Virus record (IMG/VR): IMGVR_UViG_3300032314_000513
Location: 1-64,000 of that record
Reading direction: 5' to 3' (one strand)
From: a virus
Lineage: Duplodnaviria; Caudoviricetes
DNA length: 64,000 nucleotides
Under the pieces are notes generated by a model, which was given only the letters and a program-made list of their open reading frames with translations, searched no databases and was not told the origin of the DNA. A program made the position numbers and the translations under genes. How positions within the stretch are numbered: the stretch's first letter is position 1; the number at the start of each line of letters is the position of its first letter. Below, one piece after another: positions 56,756-64,000 of the stretch.

Positions 56756-57567
56756 TTCAGCAAATATTCTATAATAGCAGTTTACCTAGGTCAGGAAGCA
56801 CATTATTACAAAATGTATTTAATCAAAACCCTGATATGTATGCTACACCAACAAGTGGAGTTATAGAGTTTTTAGAAGCTGCAAGAGTTATTTATGTACA
56901 AGCTGAATTTAAAGCTCAAGAGGTAAATACAATGGAAAAGGCTGTATTATCATTTTGTAGAGAAGGAATGAAAGGTTATGCTAATTCTATAACTAATAAA
57001 CCATATTTTATAGATAAAAGTTTTTATTGGGGTATGAATTATGATTATTTAAAATCAATTTTTGGATATGAACCTAAGATAATCATTATGATAAGAGATG
57101 TTAGAGACATATTTGCATCATTTGAATCTAATTTTAGAAAGAACCCATTAGTAATTAATCCTTTAGTAAGTTGGCCTGATTTGAAGAATACAACTATGGA
57201 AAAAAGAATAATTGATTGGACAAAAACTAAACCACTTGGTGTTGTATTTGATGGCTTAAAAGACATAATTAACTACAGAAATAGCTCTAAAATATTATTC
57301 ATTAAATATGAAGATTTTTGCCAAAACCCTAAAGAAGAAATGGCTAAAGTTTATAACTATTTAGAATTGCCATATTTTAATCATAATTTTAATAATGTAG
57401 AACAAACTACTAAAGAGAATGATGTATTCTATTTTGCAAGTCATGATATTAGAAATATAGTAGAGAAGAAAGAATCAAAAGCAGAACAAATTATAGGTAA
57501 ACCTGCATGTAATTGGTTATATAAAAACTATGATTGGTTCTTCCAATACTTTAAATATGATAAATAA
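56752..57567 (+). CDS. Sulfotransferase
   Basis: PAPS-binding loop SLPRSGSTLL, IIMIRDVRDIFAS and IKYEDF. Confidence 0.85.
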   Translation: MIQQIFYNSSLPRSGSTLLQNVFNQNPDMYATPTSGVIEFLEAARVIYVQAEFKAQEVNTMEKAVLSFCREGMKGYANSITNKPYFIDKSFYWGMNYDYLKSIFGYEPKIIIMIRDVRDIFASFESNFRKNPLVINPLVSWPDLKNTTMEKRIIDWTKTKPLGVVFDGLKDIINYRNSSKILFIKYEDFCQNPKEEMAKVYNYLELPYFNHNFNNVEQTTKENDVFYFASHDIRNIVEKKESKAEQIIGKPACNWLYKNYDWFFQYFKYDK

Positions 57568-58197
57568 TTATACAATATTATTTATTTCTAAGTAATTAAC
57601 TCCGTCATTTTCCATTCCAATTTTACCTTCATAAAAAGAATTAAAAGCTAAACTTATTCTAGTTTGTGTACTAGTAGTTTCAGGAACGCCATGAAAAACA
57701 TGAGAAGGGAATAATACCATAGCTCCTGTTCTTATTGGTAAATGATATAAATGTGAATTATAACCATTATGATTTTGAACATCAAATTGCCAATGTGATA
57801 TCTCTTTTGTATTAGTAAATACTATTTCATCATTATTAATATCTGCTTGTATGTATATAACACCACTAACAATACTATTAGGATGAAAGTGTTGGTGATG
57901 GTTTTCACCCGGTTCTGTAATATTTGTCCATGATTGAGTTAACTTTAATCTAACTTCATTTGGTCTTGCAGGGGAATTAATTTCCATAAACCATTGGTCT
58001 AAACCTTCTTGTGCAAACTTTTTAAGATTTGCCATAGCAGGGTCTTCTAAAACTCTATGATTATATGAACCTTCGTTTCCTACGCTGAATCCTAATTCTT
58101 GTCCTTTAATACAATCTATCTCTTCTTTTGTAAACTCTCTACCAATATCAAATGTCATTAATGGAGTAGCAAATATTCTTAGTGTGTCTAATTTCAT
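57568..58197 (-). CDS. TIGR02466-type 2OG-Fe(II) oxygenase
   Basis: Minus strand (CAT at 58195-58197); the track strand label is wrong. HHQHFHPNSIVSGVIY, VLFPSHVFH and RISLAFN. Confidence 0.85.
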   Translation of the reverse strand: MKLDTLRIFATPLMTFDIGREFTKEEIDCIKGQELGFSVGNEGSYNHRVLEDPAMANLKKFAQEGLDQWFMEINSPARPNEVRLKLTQSWTNITEPGENHHQHFHPNSIVSGVIYIQADINNDEIVFTNTKEISHWQFDVQNHNGYNSHLYHLPIRTGAMVLFPSHVFHGVPETTSTQTRISLAFNSFYEGKIGMENDGVNYLEINNIV

Positions 58198-58838
58198 TAT
58201 TTTATATTTAATTGATTAATTCCTTTTAATGGTCCGTCAATATATCCTACAGTTCCTGTTATGAAAGAGCTAAAAGCTAAACTAATTCTAACATAATTAT
58301 AATTATTTACAGGTGTGCTATGGTATAAATTAGCAGGGAATATTATTATATCTCCTGTATTAACGCTATTATGAAAATGACTAGCATTAAACGCAGTTGA
58401 TTCTTTTGATTGTATCTGCCAATTAAATTCTGTTTCAGTTTTAGTAAAAATAATACTATCCTTATCTCTATAAGCATTAATGTAAAGTACACCACTTAAA
58501 AATGAATTATAGTGTTTATGCTTTTCGTGAAATTTTCCCTGAGTTGTAAAATTTAACCAAGATTGTGTAATTCTTAATTTTACATCATTCGGGTTTATAG
58601 GGTCATATATTTTATAAAAGTATTGATTTAATGCTTCTTCACAAAAATATTTTATATCAGACAACCTTTCATCATCAAAAACATTATTATCATTTGAAAC
58701 TATAGATTCTGTTTTTGTATTTAATTTATCATAATGTTCCAATACGCAAGTCATCTCATCTTTTGTAAAATCTCTGTTTATTTTATTACTCATTATTACA
58801 GTTGGAAATAATGGTGTAATCTTACCTTCTTCTATCAT
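58197..58838 (-). CDS. TIGR02466-type 2OG-Fe(II) oxygenase
   Basis: Minus strand. HEKHKHYNSFLSGVLY, IIFPANLYH and RISLAF. Confidence 0.85.
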   Translation of the reverse strand: MIEEGKITPLFPTVIMSNKINRDFTKDEMTCVLEHYDKLNTKTESIVSNDNNVFDDERLSDIKYFCEEALNQYFYKIYDPINPNDVKLRITQSWLNFTTQGKFHEKHKHYNSFLSGVLYINAYRDKDSIIFTKTETEFNWQIQSKESTAFNASHFHNSVNTGDIIIFPANLYHSTPVNNYNYVRISLAFSSFITGTVGYIDGPLKGINQLNIK

Positions 58839-59902
58839 AAATTTTGTTTTATTTCATTTAATACAGTTTGCATACTAATTGATTTATGACATTCAAAATG
58901 TCTAGGCGTACCTTCATGCTCAGGACACCAAGTCCAATCTCCTTTATTAAACTTAAATACAGGATTATTCCAACAACTATTGCAAACTTTATCATTAGTT
59001 ATACGAATACAATTAGATTGAAATTCATGCTCTGAGTTAGTAAAGTTACTAATCATAACTGTCTTTTTTTGAATACCCCAATTTAACCAACTAATACCAC
59101 TAGAAAGTCCTATAAACAAATCAGCATGATGTAAGTAATTCATAGCAACATCTAAAGATGTATCTTCTAGTTTTTCAGCCCCCACATCATCAGCTTCTTT
59201 TGATAGTTCAATTACTCTATAACCCATATTTTTCAATTCCTGTATTAATTCAGGCCAATAGTACCAATGTTTACATTGAGCAGTAGAACGAGTAGATATA
59301 CATATATATTTATCTATTGGCTTTTCGGATGGCGTAAAAGCTATTCTAGGTTGTATTTCTTTATAATCTAATGCTAATATATTACTAGCAGATTGTTGTA
59401 AAGGAACTGTTGCAGGATGAAAAGGTTCTTTATCTTTATCCCAAAACCAACCAAGTTCTACTTGAGCAACTATATTATTAACCACAACTCCTCTTCCAAC
59501 AAACTCAAGTTCAGGGTAAACTGATTGAAATAGCTCATTTCTAAAAGAAGATACTATTACATGGCATTTGTATTTTTCTTGAAAATCTAAGCAATATGGA
59601 ATCCACGCAATACTATCACCTAAACTTTTAGACTCAAATACAATAAATACTCTTTTGCCTACTATCTCATCTAGTAGGTTAATTTGTTTTACTACACGAC
59701 CTTGATAAGTCAATATAATAGATAAATCAGATAGATATTTTCTATTAAGTTTAATCCAAGATTGTGGCTTTATTTTTGTTTCATAAATGCCTACATTAAA
59801 TCTTTTGTCTATGACAGTAACATCATATTCTCTATTTTTACCTTCATCATTTAAAAGCTCAAAATGTAAACCATTTACATGAGATATTTTGTATTGTATC
59901 AT
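58835..59902 (-). CDS. TibC/Aah-like (autotransporter O-heptosyltransferase family) protein glycosyltransferase
   Basis: Minus strand. SKSLGDSIAWIPY, STAQCKHW, FIGLSSGISWL, and C-terminal Cys cluster CNSCWN...CPEH...FECHKSI. Confidence 0.75.
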   Translation of the reverse strand: MIQYKISHVNGLHFELLNDEGKNREYDVTVIDKRFNVGIYETKIKPQSWIKLNRKYLSDLSIILTYQGRVVKQINLLDEIVGKRVFIVFESKSLGDSIAWIPYCLDFQEKYKCHVIVSSFRNELFQSVYPELEFVGRGVVVNNIVAQVELGWFWDKDKEPFHPATVPLQQSASNILALDYKEIQPRIAFTPSEKPIDKYICISTRSTAQCKHWYYWPELIQELKNMGYRVIELSKEADDVGAEKLEDTSLDVAMNYLHHADLFIGLSSGISWLNWGIQKKTVMISNFTNSEHEFQSNCIRITNDKVCNSCWNNPVFKFNKGDWTWCPEHEGTPRHFECHKSISMQTVLNEIKQNL

Positions 59903-60483
59903 CTTTCAGTATTTAAAAAAAATGTTTGAAATAATCTTCCATCGGAAATATTTCTTCCAAAATAGTCTAATGAGACATGGAATAAATCACCCCTATATAA
60001 TATAAGCCTATTGTAAATATTACCTATTCTATCTACCATTTCCCATTTAGTATAATCAACTTGGTCTCTTGTATGTGGTCCACCTGTTAAATTTTCTTCT
60101 TCGCTATATTCTGAATGAATCCAACCTCTTAGTCCTGTTTTTTTGTGTCTATAAATACCTGTTCCTGCAGAAAGTGGTGCATCAGGAGTTAAATAAATAA
60201 CACCTGCCCATGAAGTAGTTCCATCAGTATGAATCCATGACCTATCGGCTGATGTTGTGTATTGAAAACATCCTGAATCTTTACCTCCCCACCAAGTTAC
60301 TTCTCCGCAAAGTGGTCTAATTATATCTTGTATTAAATCTTTAACTCCATCGTTTAGAAAAGGTTTAGTTCTTCTACCGGGAAAATGTCCTGCATCTTCA
60401 TAATATTCTTGTTCCATAGCAAACTTTCTTACTTCATCTACATTACTATAAAAATCAGCTATTGATATTACTTCTAGTCTCAT
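59899..60483 (-). CDS. 2OG-Fe(II) oxygenase (DUF6445-like)
   Basis: SWIHTD, WAGVIYL, NRLILYRGDLFH and RLFQTFF. Confidence 0.8.
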   Translation of the reverse strand: MRLEVISIADFYSNVDEVRKFAMEQEYYEDAGHFPGRRTKPFLNDGVKDLIQDIIRPLCGEVTWWGGKDSGCFQYTTSADRSWIHTDGTTSWAGVIYLTPDAPLSAGTGIYRHKKTGLRGWIHSEYSEEENLTGGPHTRDQVDYTKWEMVDRIGNIYNRLILYRGDLFHVSLDYFGRNISDGRLFQTFFLNTER

Positions 60484-60486
60484 ATT

Positions 60487-61506
60487 TTAAATATTTTGAT
60501 ATAAATTAATGTATTTGTTTCTTATTGTATTTGAATCAAAGTTTTGGAATTGTTTTACAGCGTTATATTTCTTTTCTAAATTTTTACATACATTTAACCA
60601 ATCGTAAGATTCTCTTTTTATTGACATTTCTACAACTAAAATATCATATCTGCTAGATACAAAATTTATACCTTTAATAACTTCTTCAGTATTTAATTCA
60701 TTCATAACATACATTCCCTCAATTTTATTAGTTCCTTTATATGTACCAACAATTGGAAGGCAGCAACTTGCAGCTTCTAATAATGTTAAATTAGGATGTC
60801 CAAACTCTAAATTAGAAGGATGTAAGAATATTGTATGGTCTTGAAATATCTTTAACTTTTCTGCTTCAGTTGGGTTTGAGTCTATAATAGTCAATTTATC
60901 ATAATCTAATAAGTCTTTATGAATCTCAAAAAACTTAGTATTTGCATCTGCTCCAACAATAGTTATAGGTAAATTTAATGATTTTGCAGCCTCAATACCA
61001 TATCTAAAACCTTTCCTATCTGCACCATAATCACCTGCAACTCCATTATTAGCACACATAAGTAGCTTATGGTTACTATAATCAAAATTAGGTGTATAGT
61101 AGCTAGTATCTACTCCATGAGATAGATAAAATAACTTATCTGTATCATCAAAATAATCCACAACATATTCTGCAGGAGCTAAAGAGAATATAGATTTCTT
61201 CATTGCTTCTAATTGTTCTCTATAATTACTACTATTTTTACCATAATGATAGCTATGGTGGTCATGAGTTGAATAAACATACTCAATACCTCTTTTATGA
61301 GCTTCAATACAAAGGTTTGCTACATGAATATGAACTATATCATATATTTTAGGGTCTACATTGTTTAAATATAATAAGTCTAATTCATGTCCTAGTTTTT
61401 TAAGGTTTTTAGTATACTCATCCATGATTAATTCAGTTGCTCCCCATCCCCTTTGTCCTGTTGGTAAAATAGGTAAATTACTACTTATAACTTGTGCTAT
61501 TCTCAT
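60487..61506 (-). CDS. Glycosyltransferase family 4
   Basis: Minus strand. WGATE, HGVDT and FLHPSNLEFGHPNLTLLEAASCCLP. Confidence 0.85.
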   Translation of the reverse strand: MRIAQVISSNLPILPTGQRGWGATELIMDEYTKNLKKLGHELDLLYLNNVDPKIYDIVHIHVANLCIEAHKRGIEYVYSTHDHHSYHYGKNSSNYREQLEAMKKSIFSLAPAEYVVDYFDDTDKLFYLSHGVDTSYYTPNFDYSNHKLLMCANNGVAGDYGADRKGFRYGIEAAKSLNLPITIVGADANTKFFEIHKDLLDYDKLTIIDSNPTEAEKLKIFQDHTIFLHPSNLEFGHPNLTLLEAASCCLPIVGTYKGTNKIEGMYVMNELNTEEVIKGINFVSSRYDILVVEMSIKRESYDWLNVCKNLEKKYNAVKQFQNFDSNTIRNKYINLYQNI

Positions 61507-64000
61507 ATAAATTTCTTTTCTTGTTTGTCAATTAATGAAAATCCTTCAGCTTGAGTCGTTAATCTATTGTGAACTATTCCAAATTTGTATGGACTACCAT
61601 AGAAAACATGATTAAAGTACATATCTGCGGCATCCCACTTCTCTGTTCTTAGTCTTTCAAATAACCATTTTTTAACACTTTTAGGAAACCCAATACATTG
61701 AAGTCCAATTATATGGTCTGTAACAAATAATAAATCTTGGTCAGGTATTACCTGCTTTACAGGTGATTGTAACCATCCATGCTCTAATGTTTTTACATCT
61801 CCAAAAGACATATAACCAATTTTATTGTCTTCTATAATTTGATAAGACCTTTCGACCTTATTTACAAATTCATGTATAGGCACTTCTATTATGCAATCCC
61901 CTTCACATACTATTAAAAAGTCAATATTATCATCAAACTCACTCATTATCCCATTTTTGAAGGATTCAAAACATCCATAATGTGATGGGGTGAGGGCTGT
62001 TCCCAATTCTTTAACTTGCTGCTCATTGAAGAGTTCCATTGATACACAATTGGGTCTTTGACAATTGTACTTAGGTGGCAAATCTGCATAAGGGGTATTG
62101 GTGTGTATGATATATTCCCACCCATAGTTGGCCACATGCTTGAGTGATTCTCTACTTTTTTGTTCTCTTTCATCATTTCTAGTTGTTTGTAAGTGTACTA
62201 ATCTAATTTTAGGTTTTCTGTTTTTAATCTTATAATGACCTGTATTTTGATATTTATGAAGAGTTTTATCATTTAAAATATACTTTTCATTTTTATATAT
62301 TCTATCTCCATCATAAAAGTCAAGCTCTATTTCAATTTCACGATTTTTGTATTCAAATTCTTTTTTAAATTCTTTTGTTTTATCAATTTGCCATCTAAAT
62401 ATGAAAAAATCTTGTCCTCCTTCACGCATAGTAATATTTATCTTTCTATCATCTACATTATAGGTATAGAAATAAAACATATAAGTATTAGGCTTATTTA
62501 CTACAGGTATTATTGAATAATATTCAGAATTAGATGCCACACCTAGGCCGCTATGCTTTAATAGAGTTTCTTCTTGATTATGTTCAATAATATAATCGTT
62601 TTCTAAACCCTTCAGTTTTTTAACTAAATAATCTTCAAGAAAGTTTTGAGCACCAATATTTTGACAAATATTATTATATTCCTCTGCAATTCTTACATCA
62701 TCAAAAGTATTTAAAAAGAAGTCTACTTCAAAAGCCATACCATTTGTCTGTATACCTTTACCAAAAGGGGTATTTAAACTTGCTAAATAGGCTTTTGGAA
62801 GATATGGATTTGTTTTGTCTCCAATATCAAATGCCTTTTCAACTTGTGGTATATCTCTAGGGTCCAATACTACATCATAAGTAGTATAAAAGAAAGCTTC
62901 ATATCCTAATGATTTTGCGGCCTTAGCACCATTAAATAAATTAGTAAGTACAGTCAATGATTGGTTGCTATTTTTTAAACCATTAATATTAATTTCAGCA
63001 TGGTAATCATCTGTATATCTATAAAACCTAGTATAATATGAATGATGTGTCAATGGGTTATGCTCATCATAAATATAATAATCTACCATTTTTTGAATAT
63101 CATCATCAACAGGATAATGAGACAAAAGCATAATTTTTCTACCCAATGGCTTTAAGCTATTGATAGTATCTTTTGTTAATTGTTTTCTACTTTCTAAATT
63201 AGGCCAAGTACCTACAATTATTAATTCTCTTTTATTGTTAGTTGGTTTTGCTTGTGTCAATTGTAATACTTTTTCAGCATCCTCAGTAAGATTGCCTGTT
63301 AAATAATGAAAGTCTTCGTACCCATTCCACCTATTCAAATAAACATCTAGGTTATATATTAGCTTGGGTATTTGCTTATATTCTGCAGCCTCTTTAATTA
63401 CAATAGGGTTTAATTCCTTATTGCCTCTATCTCCTTTAGATGGGAAGAAGAAAAGGTCAGCAGCTTTGATAAAGTCTTCTGTATCGCCTCTTTCACCCCA
63501 AATAATGCAATTTTCAGGCTTATTGTCCATCAATGGTTTCCAATAGCTTTCAAAATTACCTGCTTGATTGCCTAAGAAGTGGAATTTAATTTTATAATCT
63601 TTAAGCTTTTCTCCCATCTCAAATCCATATTTCTGATTCTTTCTAGGAGTAAATAAACCAATAATTACTGCATGTTTATAATCATGCTCAAGTCCTAATT
63701 TATCTCTTGCTATTCTTTTATCTGAAGTTTTGGCATCTATTGGGTATTCAATAATCTCTTGATGTACATTTAAGTGGTCGTATTTCATCATATTATATGG
63801 ACTAACAAATACAAACTTATCAGGCATCCATTTTTTGTTTCTTGGATTAAAGCTGCTATCATGTGTTGTTTCTACTATTTTCCAAGTTTTTGATTCAGAA
63901 TATAAAAAACTTGACATTTTATCATCCATAAACATCTCAGGGAACTCTTCCATAGATACCACATCAGGATTGAACTGTTGCATTATTTCTACAAGTTCAT
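61503..64000 (-). CDS. Large multidomain glycosyltransferase (GT4-like plus further domains), 5'-truncated by window
   Basis: Minus strand. The frame stays open to the window edge (..ELVEIMQQF). GLFTPRKNQ, ADLFFFPS..ELNPIVIKEA, and C-terminal HYGCF..LIVCEGD. Confidence 0.8.
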   Translation of the reverse strand, partial: ELVEIMQQFNPDVVSMEEFPEMFMDDKMSSFLYSESKTWKIVETTHDSSFNPRNKKWMPDKFVFVSPYNMMKYDHLNVHQEIIEYPIDAKTSDKRIARDKLGLEHDYKHAVIIGLFTPRKNQKYGFEMGEKLKDYKIKFHFLGNQAGNFESYWKPLMDNKPENCIIWGERGDTEDFIKAADLFFFPSKGDRGNKELNPIVIKEAAEYKQIPKLIYNLDVYLNRWNGYEDFHYLTGNLTEDAEKVLQLTQAKPTNNKRELIIVGTWPNLESRKQLTKDTINSLKPLGRKIMLLSHYPVDDDIQKMVDYYIYDEHNPLTHHSYYTRFYRYTDDYHAEININGLKNSNQSLTVLTNLFNGAKAAKSLGYEAFFYTTYDVVLDPRDIPQVEKAFDIGDKTNPYLPKAYLASLNTPFGKGIQTNGMAFEVDFFLNTFDDVRIAEEYNNICQNIGAQNFLEDYLVKKLKGLENDYIIEHNQEETLLKHSGLGVASNSEYYSIIPVVNKPNTYMFYFYTYNVDDRKINITMREGGQDFFIFRWQIDKTKEFKKEFEYKNREIEIELDFYDGDRIYKNEKYILNDKTLHKYQNTGHYKIKNRKPKIRLVHLQTTRNDEREQKSRESLKHVANYGWEYIIHTNTPYADLPPKYNCQRPNCVSMELFNEQQVKELGTALTPSHYGCFESFKNGIMSEFDDNIDFLIVCEGDCIIEVPIHEFVNKVERSYQIIEDNKIGYMSFGDVKTLEHGWLQSPVKQVIPDQDLLFVTDHIIGLQCIGFPKSVKKWLFERLRTEKWDAADMYFNHVFYGSPYKFGIVHNRLTTQAEGFSLIDKQEKKFI

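Noticed and set aside
57568-63983. ORF-track '+' labels for 57568-58197, 58197-58838, 58835-59902, 60487-61506 and 61503-63983
   Set aside because: The listed proteins read only from the reverse complement (e.g. CAT at 58195-58197 gives MKLDTL). They form a minus-strand operon with TAATG/ATGA overlaps.
828-63983. Stop-codon reassignment
   Set aside because: Genes are full length and tightly packed under code 11, and TAG and TGA are used as real stops.

Overview
The window is a segment of a low-GC virus genome, most likely infecting Bacteroidota. Host evidence: A-rich leaders without Shine-Dalgarno, TAnnTTTG promoter boxes, and GH19/GH73 lysins with holin-like genes. No terminase, portal, HK97 capsid or tail tube/sheath is recognisable. 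Instead there is an A32/FtsK-type packaging ATPase (33319-34140), a separately transcribed beta-rich 232-aa putative single-jelly-roll major capsid protein (34545-35243), and about 25 small single-TM proteins. This suggests an unusually large (>64 kb) tailless, internal-membrane virus; that call is inference and needs a structure search. Layout: 0.8-6.4 kb, early/replication genes and two DNA MTases separated by a repeated 21-nt element. 6.4-11.5 kb, glycan-tailoring enzymes. 11.8-22 kb, polyvalent/internal proteins with [FYML]xxGG motifs and a MoxR-vWA pair. 22-25.5 kb, muralytic and lysis genes. 27.5-43 kb, virion membrane/capsid module with a shared NFTG-like motif and an HExxH protease. 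43.6-55.6 kb, Gly-Ser/Thr collagen-like fibres whose beta-domain is split across consecutive genes. 55.6-64 kb, 2OG oxygenases, a sulfotransferase, a TibC/Aah-like protein O-glycosyltransferase and GT4s. The supplied ORF track labels five ORFs at 57568-63983 as +, but the DNA shows they are on the minus strand. All family names come from motif recognition, not from database searches.
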